Positions 9,540 to 21,789 are shown, counted from the first letter of the stretch. The stretch: 64,000 nucleotides of DNA from Mobula hypostoma (GCF_963921235.1 NC_086097.1:79734001-79798000); one strand, 5' to 3'. Numbers and translations are program-made. Notes: generated by a model not told the origin, from the sequence alone.

Positions 9540-12089
9540 TTAAGGCCCCTCCAGGCAGGCCATGAGAGCCGATTTCAGGTGACGGTGGAAGCGCTCCACT
9601 AGTCCGTTCGACTGTGGGTGGTAGGCAGTTGTGTGGTGTAGCTGTGTTCCTAAAAGTCTGGCCATAGCCGACCACAGGCTGGAGGTGAACTGGGCGCCCC
9701 TGTCGGAGGTAATGTGGGCTGGTACCCCAAAGCGTGCTACCCAGGTTGCGATCAGTGCTCGGGCGCAGGATTTGGAGGTGGTGTCGCTGAGCGGGACTGC
9801 CTCTGGCCATCTGGTGAACCGGTCTATCATAGTTAGGAGGTACCGTGCTCCTCGTGACACTGGCAGGGGCCCCACGATATCCACATGAATGTGGTTGAAC
9901 CTCTGGCGGGTGGGTTCGAACCGCTGCGGTGGAGCCTTGGTGTGCCGCTGCACCTTGGCCGTTTGGCACTGCATACACGTTTTGGCCCATTCACTGACCT
10001 GTTTACGAAGTCCATGCCACACGAACCTGTTGGAGACCAGCCGGATAGTTGTCCTGATGGAGGGGTGCGCTAAGTTGTGAATGGATTCAAACACCCGCCG
10101 GCGCCAGGCTGCTGGGACGACAGGGCGGGGTTGGCCGGTAGCTACGTCACACAGTAGGGTCCTCTCACCTGGGCCTACGGGGAGGTCTTGGAGCTGCAAA
10201 CCGGAGACTGCAGTCCTGTAACTGGGGATCTCAGCGTCTGCCTGCTGTGCCTCTGCCAGCGCTGCATAGTCCACCCCCTGGGACAGGGCCTGTATGGTAG
10301 GTCTGGAAAGTGCGTCTGCCACGACATTCTTTCCAGAGACATGCTGGATGTGCGTCGTGTACTCGGAGATGTAGGACAGATGTCGCTGCTGGCGGGACGA
10401 CCAGGGGTCGGACACCTTAGTGAACGCAAAGGTAAGCGGTTTGTGGTCAGTGAACGCGGTGAAGGGCCTACCTTCTAAGAAGTACCTGAAATGCCGGATT
10501 GCCAGGTAAAGTGCCAATAGCTCCCGGTCGAAAGCACTGTATTTGAGTTCGGGTGGTCGTAGGTGTTTGCTGAAGAACGCCAGGGGTTGCCAGCGACCCT
10601 CGATGAGTTGTTCCAGCACTCCACCGACTGCTGTGTTGGATGCGTCCACCGTGAGGGCAGTAGGAACGTCCGTTCTGGGGTGCACTAGCATCGCGGCGTT
10701 TGCCAAGGCTTCTTTGGTTTTAACGAAAGCGGTTGCGGCCTCTTCGTTCCAGGTAATGTCCTTGCCCTTACCCGACATTAGAGTGAACAAGGGGAGCATG
10801 GTTCGGGCTGCTGAGGGGAGGAAACGGTGGTAGAAATTCACCATACCTACGAATTCCTGCAAGCCTTTGATTGTGTTGGGTCGGGGGAAGTGGCGGACCG
10901 CGTCTACCTTGGCGGGCAGCGGGGTTGCCCCGTCTTTAGTAATCCTGTGGCCCAGGAAGTCAATGGTGTTGAGTCCGAACTGGCATTTGGCTGGATTGAT
11001 TGTAAGGCCGAATTCACTCAGGCGGGAGTAGAGCTGGCGGAGGTGGGACAGATGCTCCTGCCGACTACTGCTGGCTATGAGGATGTCGTCCAAATAGATG
11101 AATGCAAAGTCCAGGTCGCGTCCCACCGCGTCCATTAGCCGCTGGAAAGTCTGTGCGGCATTCCTTAGACCAAACGGCATTCGGAGGAATTCGAAACGTC
11201 CGAACGGGGTGATAAGTGCTGTTTTGGGGATGTCGTCCGGATGTACAGGGATTTGATGGTATCCCCGGACGAGGTCTACCTTGGAAAAGATCCTTGCGCC
11301 GTGTAGGTTTGCTGCGAAGTCTTGAATGTGCGGCACAGGGTAGCGGTCTGGCGTTGTAGCCTCGTTCAGTCTGCGGTAGTCACCGCATGGTCTCCAGCCC
11401 CCCGTTGCCTTGGGCACCATGTGAAGAGGGGAGGCCCATGGGCTGTTGGACCGTCGTATGATCCCTAATTCCTCCATCTTCTTGAACTCCTCCTTCGCCA
11501 GTCGGAGCTTGTCCGGGGGAAGCCTTCGAGCACGGGCGTGGAGGGGTGGTCCCTGGGTCGGGATGTGGTGCTGTACTCCGTGTCTGGGCATGGCTGCCGT
11601 GAACTGCGGTGTCAGTACTGATGGGAAATCCGCCAGGACCCTGGTGAATTTATCGTCGGACAGCGTGATGGAGTCCAGGTGTGGGGCTGGCAACTGTGCT
11701 TCACCCAGGGAGAACGTTTGAAAAGTCTTGGCGTGGACTAATCGCTTCCCTTGCAAGTTGACCAGCAGGCTGTGGGCTCGTAGAAAATCTGCCCCCAGCA
11801 GTGGTTGGGCCACGGCGGCCAGTGTGAAGTCCCACGTGAACCGGCTGGAGCTGAACTGTAGCCGCACCATGTGGGTGCCGTAGGTTCGTATTGTGCTGCC
11901 ATTAGCGGCCCTCAGGGTGGGTCCCGGTTCTCTGTTGCGGGTGTCGTAACTCATTGGAGGTAAGACGCTGATCTCCGCTCCGGTGTCGACCAAAAAGCGG
12001 CATCCCGACTGCTTGTCCCAGACGTACAGGAGGCTGTCCTGATGGCCAGCCGCCGTAGCCATCAGCGGCGGCTGGCTCTGGCGTTTCCC
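9540..12089 (-). CDS. pol: Gypsy Pol copy B (same translation as copy A)
   Basis: Offset exactly 3216 bp from copy A; same domains and same integrase frameshift (CLEGP*). Confidence 0.95.
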   Translation of the reverse strand, partial: GKRQSQPPLMATAAGHQDSLLYVWDKQSGCRFLVDTGAEISVLPPMSYDTRNREPGPTLRAANGSTIRTYGTHMVRLQFSSSRFTWDFTLAAVAQPLLGADFLRAHSLLVNLQGKRLVHAKTFQTFSLGEAQLPAPHLDSITLSDDKFTRVLADFPSVLTPQFTAAMPRHGVQHHIPTQGPPLHARARRLPPDKLRLAKEEFKKMEELGIIRRSNSPWASPLHMVPKATGGWRPCGDYRRLNEATTPDRYPVPHIQDFAANLHGARIFSKVDLVRGYHQIPVHPDDIPKTALITPFGRFEFLRMPFGLRNAAQTFQRLMDAVGRDLDFAFIYLDDILIASSSRQEHLSHLRQLYSRLSEFGLTINPAKCQFGLNTIDFLGHRITKDGATPLPAKVDAVRHFPRPNTIKGLQEFVGMVNFYHRFLPSAARTMLPLFTLMSGKGKDITWNEEAATAFVKTKEALANAAMLVHPRTDVPTALTVDASNTAVGGVLEQLIEGRWQPLAFFSKHLRPPELKYSAFDRELLALYLAIRHFRYFLEGRPFTAFTDHKPLTFAFTKVSDPWSSRQQRHLSYISEYTTHIQHVSGKNVVADALSRPTIQALSQGVDYAALAEAQQADAEIPSYRTAVSGLQLQDLPVGPGERTLLCDVATGQPRPVVPAAWRRRVFESIHNLAHPSIRTTIRLVSNRFVWHGLRKQVSEWAKTCMQCQTAKVQRHTKAPPQRFEPTRQRFNHIHVDIVGPLPVSRGARYLLTMIDRFTRWPEAVPLSDTTSKSCARALIATWVARFGVPAHITSDRGAQFTSSLWSAMARLLGTQLHHTTAYHPQSNGLVERFHRHLKSALMACLEGP

Positions 12090-12767
12090 GGGAATTTGCA
12101 GGGCGGTCTGCAGCGGCGGGCCTCCGTGCCCCACCGCTGGTGGGTAGAAACACCATTGTTCATCGGGCTCCTCACTCCCGTCGCCGGGTTTTGTAGGCTC
12201 TGCTGCCGGGCCTGGTCTGGTCTGTTGTTGGGCATGCGGCTTGGTGATCTGTGCGACGGATGCCCCTCTCTCTTTCCTGGCACTCCACAGCACATCTGCT
12301 CGGGCCGCCACCTCCCGGGGGTTGCTGAAATCTGCGTCGGACAGCAGCAGGCATATGTCCTCGGGCAGTTGCTCTAGGAACGCCTGCTCAAACATGAGGC
12401 AGGGTTTGTGTCCTTCAGCCAGGGCCAGTATCTCGTTCATTAATGCTGACGGCGGCCTGTCTCCCAAACCATCCAGGTGCATTAAGCGCCGTGCTCATTC
12501 GCGCCGTGAGAGTCCGAAAGTCCTTATGAGCAGGGCTTTGAATGCTGTGTATTTGCCGTCCTCCGGGGGCGACTGTATAAACTCCTCAACTTGTGCAGCA
12601 GTCTCCTGGTTGAGGGAGCTCAGCATGTAGTAGTAGCGAGTGGACTCCGAGGTTATCTGCCGAATGTGGAATTGTGCTTCTGCTTGTTCGAACCATAAAT
12701 GGGGTCGCAGCGTCCAGAATCTTGGCAGTTTTAACGAAACTGCGTGAACAGATGCAGCGTCGGTCAT
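12062..12767 (-). pseudogene. gag: Gypsy gag (full length; premature stop at 12495, 1-nt insertion near 12143)
   Basis: MTDAASVHAVSLKLPRFWTLRPHLWFEQAEAQFHIRQIT...; C-terminal C-X2-H-X9-C-X3-C motif. Confidence 0.9.
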
Positions 12768-12791
12768 CTCTGGTCCAAATATCGTTTGGGC

Positions 12792-12805
12792 CGTCGGGGT
12801 CACCA
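12792..12805 (-). promoter_or_regulatory. Primer binding site, tRNA-Trp
   Basis: Minus strand TGGTGACCCCGACG, 2 nt after the 5' LTR; complementary to the tRNA-Trp 3' end (...CGUCGGGGUCACCA). Confidence 0.9.
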
Positions 12806-12807
12806 AT

Positions 12808-13094
12808 TGTAGCGATGTGCTACACACAGCGCTAGAATAACCACACGGAGTTGGTGAGTTAGAGTTGCGATGAAAGAGATTTATTCAAACTTCGCGGCCC
12901 GCTTTAAAGCCTTCCCGTTCCCGCCCTCCCTGGGCAGGACTACTGTGGGGAATGCATATTCCCAGACCCTTTCTGCACGCGGGATTTTCCCCCTGCTGGT
13001 GAAGATGGCCTGGCGCCCTTTTTGCTGCCGGCCCTCTGCCTGCGCGCGCTGTTTCGTGAGCCGGTTCGTGGGTGCCAGAAAGTGGGTCGCCACA
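12808..13094 (-). repeat. 5' LTR (287 bp)
   Basis: TG...CA; matches 5502-5788. Confidence 0.97.
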
Positions 13095-14111
13095 ATACAC
13101 TAATTCTCCTTTTTAACTAACCTGCCTGTTATTTCCTCAAAAGATTCCAACAAATTTGTCAGGCAAGATTTTCCCCTTAAGGAAACCATGCTGATTTTGG
13201 CCTATTTTGTTATGTACCTCCAAGTACCTTGAAACCTCATCCTTAATAATAGAGTGCAACATCTTTCCAATCACTGAAGTCGGGTTAACTAGCCTATAAT
13301 TTCCTTTCTTCTGCCTCCCTCCCTTCTTAAAGATTAGAGCAACATTTGCATTTTTCCAATCTTCTGGAACCATTCCAGAATCTAGTTATCCTGGAAAGAT
13401 CATTACTAATGCCCTCACAATCTCTTCAGCTACCTCTTTCAGAACATCCGGATGTAGTCCATCTGGTCCAGGTGATTTGTCTACCTTCAGACTTTCCAAC
13501 TCCCCCAGCAACTTCTCCTTTAGGAGCTTACTTCTGCCACCCGGTACTTCCATATTTCTGGCATTCTGCTCGTGTCTCTACAGTGAAGAGTGACACAAGA
13601 TATTTAATAAGTTCCTCCACCAACCCTTTACCCCAATTACTACTCTGACAGCATAATTTTCCCGCTGTCCAATATCCACTTTCGCCTCTCTTTTACTCTA
13701 GATATCTGAAAAAAAATTGTATCCTCTTTTATATTATTGGCTAGCTTACCTTTATATTTCATCTTTTCTCTCTTTATGGCTTTTTTAACTGCTTTCTGTT
13801 GGTTTGTAAAAACTTCCCAATCTTCAACCTTCCCACCAATTTTTGCTATATTATATGCCCTCTCTTTTGCTTTTATGTTGTCTTTGACTTCCTTAGCTAG
13901 CCACAGTTGCCTCATCCTCTCTTTAGAATACTTTATCTTTCTCTTGGGAACAGTTCCAACCGGCTTTGAAATCCCCGATGACTATCATAACATTGCCCTT
14001 ATTACATCTTCCTTTTCTATCTCCCAGTGTAATTTGTACACCACATTGCGCTCACTGTTCAGAGGCCTATATGTAACTCATATCAGGGATTTTTTATTCT
14101 TGCAGTTTCTT
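13095..14111 (-). mobile_element. CR1 LINE middle part (continuation of 4084-5501)
   Basis: VPEDWKNANVALIFKKGGRQKKGNYRLV; WLAKEVKDNIKAKERAY. Confidence 0.85.
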
Positions 14112-15269
14112 TTTTTTAATTTTGTGTTTTTTTTGCTCAGCATAACAAAACTTTCAATTTCCAGATACACTTACATTTACATTTCTTCCCCTCAGATATC
14201 AGGTATCAGAACACTTCCTTCAAAATATAGACATCAACACAACATCCTATACAAAAGGCCTTATTAGTATAGCAGACAGGTTTACATCTATATACTGCAG
14301 AAAAGGTTGCCATGTTTTATGAAAATTATTTGCTTTTAAGTGTACCATACATGTCAAAAAGTCCAAAGGAATGTATTCCATGATTAATTTACGCCAACCA
14401 AAAAGTCCAGGGGCCTTATCGGATATCCAACAAAGTAAAATGTTCTTCCTCACACAAAAAGTCAGGATGTTAAAAAGTTTTTTCTGATGTGCATTAATAA
14501 TACAACTGCTGGGTAAGCCTAAGAGAAAAGACACTGGGGACAGTGCAAGCTCCATGTTCAGAATCTTTTCCATTTCACCCAAAATATCACTCCAGTAGGC
14601 CTGAAGTTTGGGACAAGTCCAAAAACAGTGGGCGAAAGTTCCAGTATTTACTTTACATTTAGAACATACTGGAGAAACTCCCGTCTTAAATTTCGAGAGA
14701 TGATCCTCAATCTGGCTAGACATTGAAGCTTCACAAGCAAAATGCCCTCTTATTAATTTGCTTTTCCTCAATAAGATGAAACTAGTTAAGGAATATTGTT
14801 GCAATCCAATAACAATGAATACAGTCAGGGCTTGGAGGGCGGAGCGACAAATTGAGGGCAACACAGCAAAAATATCACCCTTCACTCCAATAACGCGGTC
14901 CAGATTTTCAGCCTGGCATAATGGATTCTGGACTTAAACTTTGGATTTCTAAGGGTATTTTCCATCTAGGAGATTTGTTTGATGAAGGAACGATGATGTT
15001 TTTTAGTCAAATAGTACAGAAATTTAACATACCCAACAAAGATCTTTTTTGATTCTTTCAGATAAGAGATTATACACAGAAAAAAACATCATTGTTAACT
15101 GATTTCTATAGTTCTGACATAGAAAAGAGGGTGTTTCGCTCTTTTTACAGCACCCTGAGGGAATGTTCTTGTGGAGAGGCTGAGCAGCTGGGAAGGGTCT
15201 GGGAGGAAGAGCTGGGAGTAGAAATTACAGCTGAAACATGGGAAGACATCTGTGATAATGCAAAGAAAA

Positions 15270-16760
15270 TTCCAAATAAACTGATTCCTAAGCTCCGGAA
15301 CCTGGGCCTTAGCACTCAGATCTGCAGCTGGATCTTCAACTTCCTCACAGACAGGACCCAGGCTGTAAAAAATAAGGGACAAGATCTCCTCTACAATCAC
15401 TCTGAGCACCGGTGCCCCACAAGGCTGTGAACTCAGCCCCCTGCTGTACTCAGTGTACACCCATAATTCCGTGACTGTGTAGCCAAGTTTCTATCGAACT
15501 CAATATATAAGTTTGCTGATGACACCACCATTGTAGGCCGTATCTCGGGTAATGATGAGTTTGAGTACAGAGAGGAAATTAAGAACTTGGTGGCATGGTG
15601 CGAAGACAATAACCTATCCCTCAACGTCAGCAAGGCGAAGGAATTGGTTGTTGACTTCAGAAGGAGTAGCGGACTGCATGACCCAATTTACATCGGTGGT
15701 GCGCAAGTGAAACAAGTCAAAAGCTTTAAGTTCCTCGGGGTCAATATCACAAATGACCTGACTTGGTCCAACTAAGCAGAGTCCACTGCCAAGAAGGCCC
15801 ACCAGTGCCTTTACTTCCTGAGAAAGCTAAAGAAATTTGGCCTGTCCCCTAAAACCCTCACTAATTTTTATAGATGCACCGTAGAAAGCATTCTTCTAGG
15901 GTGCATCATAACCTGATATGGAAGTTGTCCTGTCCAAGACCGGAAGAAGCTGCAGAAGATCGTGAACACAGCCCAGCACATCACACAAACCAATCCTCCG
16001 TCCTTGGACTTACTTTACACCGCACGTTGTCGGAGCAGCGCTGCCAGAATAATCAAGGACACGACCCAGCCAGCCAACACACTTTTCGTCCCCCTTCCCT
16101 TCAGGAGAAGTCTCAGGGGTTTGAAGACTCGTACGGCCAGATTTGGGAACAGCTTCTTATCAACTGTGATAAGACTGCTGAACGGATCCTGACCCGGACC
16201 TGGGTCCTACCCTCCAATCTGGACCTGCCTCTCGGTTTTTTTGCACTACCTTTCTTTCCCTTTTCTATTTCCTATTTATGATTTATAATTTAATCTAAAT
16301 TTTTAATACTTGCTATCGATTTGTAATCCAGGGGCGCATAGCACAGAATCAAATATCGCTGTGATGATTGTGCAACGTTCCGTTATATTGACTCGTGTAT
16401 GTCTAGGGGAAATCCCGCCCAGCACAAAGAAAGACCCCGTACACTCGTATGCTCTAGTATCAATTGTTTGGCGACGATCTAATCTAAGGCATCTGTTCGT
16501 CTTGCGAGACCATGGATCTGCACCTGGAAAGTCTTCACTCTCCAGGGTGCAGGCCTGGGCAAGGTTGTATGGAAGACCAGCAGTTGCCCATACTGCAGGT
16601 CTCCCCTCTTCACGACACCAACGTTGTCCAAGGGAAGGGCATTAAGACCCATACAGCTTGGCATCAGTGTCATCCCAAAGCAATGTGTGATTAAGTGCCT
16701 TGCTCAAGGACACAACACGTTCCCTCGGCTGGGGCTCGAACTCAATAAAGTAAAGTAAAG
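15270..16760 (+). mobile_element. Rex1/Babar LINE, 5'-truncated, nested in the L1
   Basis: KLRNLGLSTQICSWIFNFLTDRTQ; GAPQGCELSPLLYS; KFADDTT; (AGTAA)n-type tail. Confidence 0.85.
16476..16744 (-). mobile_element. tRNA-derived SINE (5'-truncated), inserted in the Rex1 tail
   Basis: B-box GTTCGAGCC then CORE-like GTGTCCTTGAGCAAGGCACTTAA; homologous to 21790-22342. Confidence 0.7.
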
Positions 16761-16822
16761 ATTTCAGTTTGTAATAGAGCTAAAACATTGCAACTCAAAA
16801 TTCTGCATGGAGCCCATCTGAC

Positions 16823-17400
16823 TCTTGCAGTTTCTTAACTCTACCCCCAAGGATTCTATATCTTTTGATCCTATGTCATCTTTTTCTAAGGATTTGATTT
16901 CATTTTTTACCAACAGAGCCACCCCACCTCCTCCATCTACTTGGCTGTCCTTTTGGAACAATGTGTATACTTGGATGTTCAGTTCTGTACTCATCACCCT
17001 TTTTGACTTTGGCCTCCTGCTACATTTTAACTCATCCTACTGACTGCATTTTTGCCCTATCATCTCTCTGTATTTCCTCACAGTTTCACCACACACTGCA
17101 AATAGTCGTATAATAACTGCTCCATCTTCAGCCCTATGACTCCAGTTCCCATCCCCCTTCCAAAGTAGTTTAAACCCTCCCCAATAGCTCTAGCAAACTT
17201 GTCTGCAAGGATATTGGACCCCTCGGGGTCAGGTGTGACCCATCCTTTTTGTACAGTTCATACCTTCCCCAGAAGAGATCCCAATGATCCGGAAATCTGA
17301 AACCCTGCCCCCTGCACCAATTCTTCAGCTATGTATTGATCTGCCAAATCATCTGATTCTTACCTTCACTAGCAGTTCACCCTCCCCCTTTAAAATGCTT
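16823..17400 (-). mobile_element. CR1 LINE 5' part (APE start and ORF1 esterase end)
   Basis: GGGGVALLVKNEIKS...ELRNCK; WCRGQGFRFPDHWDLFWGR-type ORF1 end. Confidence 0.8.
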
Positions 17401-17402
17401 TA

Positions 17403-18275
17403 GAATAAAAGGATTGGAAGAATATCAACTATTGATGAAGAGCAGCACACACAAAATGCTGGCAGAACTCAGCATGCCAGGCAGCACCTATGGAGAAGAG
17501 TACAGTCGACTTTTCGGTCTCTTTTCCATAGATGCTGCCTGGCGTGTTGAGTTCCTCCAGCATTTTGTGTGAGTTGCTTGGATTTCCAGCATATGCAGAT
17601 TTTCTCTTGTTTATCAATGAAGATTGCACCTTCAAGAACTTCTTAACCACAAGAGCTCTGCTGAATTAGAGGTTACTAACTGAATCCTTCACAGACATGT
17701 GATAAAAGACATGGGGGACATCCCAGTACGACAGATGCCATCAGGGGCCTGAAAAGCAACAAAGCCACTGATTCTGATGGGATCCCAACAGAGAATCTCA
17801 AGGAAGGCGATGGACCAGCACTCGTGAGCCACATACACGTCCTGCTCCTGAAGGTCTGGGAAAATGAGCAACTGCCTTCAGAACTCAGGGCTGCTCTAAT
17901 AGTAATCATATTCAACAAGTGAGCCAAGATAGATAGTGACAATTACAGAGGTATCTCCTGTTTGTCAACAACAGGCAAAATGTGTGTGCGTATTCTTGTC
18001 AAATGACTCCTTCTGCTATCTGACGAAGTACTCCCTGAATCTCAGTGTGGTTTCTGCCCATCTAGAGGCACTATAGACATGATCTTTACAGCATGACATT
18101 TACAGGAAAAATGCCGTGAATAAAAGCAACCCTGCACTTGGCTTTTATAGATTTGACGAAGTCATTTGACACAGTAGACCACCAAGTTCACTGGCATATA
18201 CTATCAAGACATGGCTGCCCTGACAAATACTGAGGCTATAGCATGATGGCATGCCAGTCACAGTATTCAGTAACT
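17403..18275 (+). mobile_element. RTE-clade LINE, piece 2 (RT start)
   Basis: DGIPTENLK...VWENEQLPSELRAALIV; DNYRGISCLSTTGK; LPESQCGFCPSRGTIDMIF. Confidence 0.85.
17441..17612. mobile_element. Older palindromic PLE-terminus insertion (no hammerhead core)
   Basis: Inverted arms cacaaaatgctgg...ctatggagaagag / ctcttttccatag...ccagcattttgtg. Confidence 0.7.
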
Positions 18276-19303
18276 CAGTAATACTTACCTTACTTTATTG
18301 TCGCCAAACAATTGATACTAGAGCGTACAATCATCACAGCGATATTTGATTCTGTGCTTTGCACTCCCTGGAGTACACATCAATAGTAAATAGTAAAAAC
18401 TTAAATTATAAATCATAAATAGAAAAAAGAAAAGGGAAAGTAGGGTAGTGCAAAAAACTGAGAGGCAAGTCCGGATATTTGGAGGGTATGGCCTAGATCT
18501 GGGTCACGATCCATTCAGCAGTCTTATCACAGTTGATAAGAAGCTGTTCCCAAATCTGGCCGTACGTGTCTTCAAGCTCCTGAGTCTTCTCCCGGAGGGA
18601 AGAGGGACGAAAAGTGTGTTGGCTGGCTGGGTCGTGTCCTTGATTACCCTGGCAGCACTGCTCCGACAGCGTGCGGTGTAAAGTGAGTCCAAGGACGGAA
18701 GATTGGTTTGTGTGATGTGCTGGGCTGTGGTCACGATCTTCTGCAGCTTCTTCCGGTCTTGGACAGGGCAACTTCATACCAGGTTGTGATGCACCCTAGA
18801 AGAATGCTTTCTACGGTGCATCTATAAAAATTAGTGAGGGTTTTAGGGGACAGGCCAAATTTCTTTAGCTTTCTCAGGAAGTAAAGGCGCTGGTGGGCCT
18901 TCTTGGCAGTGGACTCTGCTTGGTTGGACCAAGTCAGGTCATTTGTGATATTGACCCCGAGGAACTTAAAGCTTTTGACCTGTTCTACTTGCGCACCACC
19001 GATGTAAATGGGGCCATGCAGTCCGCTACTCCTGAAGTCAACAACCAATTCCTTCATCTTGCTGATATTGAGGGATAGGTTATTGTCTTCGCACCATGCC
19101 ACCAAGTTCTTAATTTCCTCTCTGTACTCAAACTCATCGTTACCCGAGATACGGCCTACAATTGTGGTGTCATCAGCAAACTTATATATTGAGTTCGATG
19201 GAAACTTGGCTACACAGTCACGGAATTATGGGTGTACACTGAGTACAGCAGGGGGCTGAGTTCACAGCCTTGTGGGGCACTGGTGCTCAGAATGATTGTA
19301 GAG
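18276..19303 (-). mobile_element. Rex1/Babar LINE, 5'-truncated (sister of 15270-16760)
   Basis: VAWCEDNNLSLNISK...FKFLGVNITNDLTWS...QRLYFLRKLKKF; near-identical to the + strand copy. Confidence 0.9.
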
Positions 19304-20450
19304 GCCAGTTTGTCCCTTAACAGTGTGCTGAATCAGAACCTTTCCTTCATTTTCAAGACAGGAGTCAAACAGGGCTGCATCATAGCACCCACACTAATTT
19401 GCCATCTTTATTCTTGCCATCATTCAGACATTGGCCAAGACTTGCCACAAGGAATTCTAATCATGTATAAAATGGACAGGAGGCTTTTCAAGGTCAGCTG
19501 GTTCAAGGACAAGAAAAAGGTCTTAACCACCACTATGATGTGTTTCAGTATGTACATGACACCACCATTGCAGCACACTCAGAAGACCTCCAATATATCA
19601 TGAACGTCTTTACAAAGGCATATAAGGCCCTGGGTCTTGTTTTGAATATAAAAACAACACAGGTCTTATATGAGGCACTGCCCAACCAGCCATTTACCCA
19701 GTCCACTGCAAATGTTGATGATATCACCCATGAAAATGTAGACCACTTCCCCTATCTTGGCAGCATTCTCTCCTCAAAAGTAGACATTGACTCATGAGAT
19801 CAACCACTGCATGAGTAGTGCTAGTGGAGCCTCTGCAAGATTAAGGGAAAGAGTCCAAACAAAGCTTTTTGTCTGTATAGCCATCATCATTCCTACGTTC
19901 AGCTGAATCATGCTTACCTACAAACTCTGGAATAATACCATCGAAGAATCTTATGAAAGATTTTGAAAAACAGCTGGAAGGACAGAGACAGTAACACCAA
20001 TGTACTGGAGAAGGCCAATATGAACAGCATCTCCTCCATGATTAAGCAACACCAACTCCGATGGATAGGTCACGTCATCCAGATGCCTAAGTCATGTCTC
20101 CACAAACAGATCCTTTATTCCCAGTTGAAGGAAGGTGAGCAAGCAGCTGCTGAGCTTCAAAGATAACATCAAAATCAGCCTGAAGAAATTCAACATTACA
20201 TCTAAGAACTGCAGTCAATAGATACACTTGGAGGAAATCTGTTGAAACCGACCTCCACTGTGCCTCCAAGAACAAGCGACAGCTGCCAAAGGAAAGACTG
20301 AACAACCAAAAGATCCAAACATTAATCACAACAACTTACTCTTGCCTACACTGCACGAGAATATGTGGATCATGATTGGCCTCTCTAGCCACATGAAACC
20401 CACTAATCAAACATCACACTCGACTCGCGTGATCCCATTACCACTACCAA
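19304..20450 (+). mobile_element. RTE-clade LINE, piece 3 (RT end and C-terminal zinc motif)
   Basis: KTGVKQGCIIAPTL; FQYVHDTTI; VDHFPYLGSILS; QLRWIGHVIQMP; CLHCTRICGS. Confidence 0.85.
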
Positions 20451-21789
20451 ATTGGGAACTCTGATATAGGGTTTAATTTCACCAAATGTAAGGTGTTCTA
20501 CTTTGGGAGATCAAATGTACATTGTTACTATACCCAGGGATTCAGATTCAGTTTTATTTATCACATGTACATCAAAACCTATAGCAAAATGCATCATTTG
20601 TGTTAACAACCAACACAACCTAAAAATGCGCTGGGGGCAACCCGCAAATGTCACGATACATCCTGGTGTCAACATGGCATGTCCACGTGGCTCAGAAAAA
20701 ACACAGAAATCAACAAGCAACAAAACAACAACAGCAAGATAAGCCCCTTCCTTTCCTCCCACCCACTCACACACACAGACCTTCAACTCCAGGATAGGCC
20801 TCCAACCTCTGGTGGATTTGTGGACCTGCAGACAATGAGCTCTGACTCTGAGACTCATCGACCTAAGGTTTTGGCTATCGGGATTCGAATTCTGGACTTG
20901 CGATCGAGCTTTGGTCTTTGGTCTTCAGTATCAACCCCCGAACTAGTGGATGACGGGACTTTGAACTCCCTCCAACTCGCTGACTCATGTACCTATGGGA
21001 TTACTGGCCCTTGTGCCTCCTGCTCACATGGATATTCAATCCCAGGACCAGACCTGGGTGACTCTCTGACCCAGTGGGCCACCAGTCCTCATCCTTGCTG
21101 GTCCTTGTCAGATTGGCATCCATGGATGTCCTTCATCACACATCCACATCACTGGCCTTTGAGCATGGAGTGGAGGCCTAGACTCTGGTCTCCAACTCCC
21201 CACATCCTTGCCCATAAACCCTAAGCTAACCTCTAATTTCCCCACATCCCTGCCCCTAAACCCGAAACTAGCCACTAACACCCCTCTCTGTCCCTGAAAC
21301 TATCCATAAAAACTTAAAAAAAAACCAAGTCTGAGCCACAATCTCAATAGAAGCTGCAGTTCAGCGCCATCTTGACCAGAAGCTCACAGTTCTGGGCTGG
21401 GTACCTGCTAGTTAGTGTCCAATCCGGAATTGTAGGATCTCATCATCCAAATTAATAACTCCCTGTATATGGCTGCATGGTGGGATCGTAAAGACCTCCT
21501 CTATTAGTCAAGGAACTGAGTTTAAGAGTCGGGAAATGATGTTGCATGTATATAAAACCTTAGTGAGGCCTCATCTGATGTGCTGCATCGGTCGTCTGGT
21601 TGCCCCATTATAGGACGGATCAATAGGGTTTGGAGAGGATTGCCAAGATGCTGCCTGGATTAAAAGATGTTCTCTGTTAGAAAATGGAGGACAAATTTGG
21701 GATGTTTTCTCTGGAGCAGCAGAGACTGAGGGGAGAGCTGATAGAGGTTTATAAAATTATGAGAGATACAGGTAGAATAGACATAAATA

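Larger units (their letters stand above)
5502..13094 (-). mobile_element. Ty3/Gypsy LTR retrotransposon, CsRn1-like, with internal tandem duplication
   Basis: TG...CA LTRs, 4-bp TSD ATAC (5498-5501, 13095-13098), Trp PBS, PPT, gag with CHCC motif, PR-RT-RH-IN order. Confidence 0.97.
14112..16822 (-). mobile_element. 5'-truncated L1-clade LINE with 5' inversion (twin-priming structure)
   Basis: Poly-T at 14112; minus-strand ORF2 C-terminus CSKC...FAHCFWTC (14112 to about 14708); upstream ORF2 part on + strand (WLDIE...WEEELG...ISVCNRAKTLQLKILH); 14-bp TSD TCTTGCAGTTTCTT at 14098-14111 and 16823-16836. Confidence 0.85.

Noticed and set aside
9540..12482. 980-aa single-frame Gag-Pol ORF
   Set aside because: It is created by one extra G near 12143 that is absent from the duplicate copy and breaks the CHCC motif; a mutation or sequencing error, not the native strategy.
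5564..13103. Many antisense and alternative-frame ORFs over the Gypsy element and its LTRs
   Set aside because: Expected shadows of GC-rich coding DNA; no recognisable domains.
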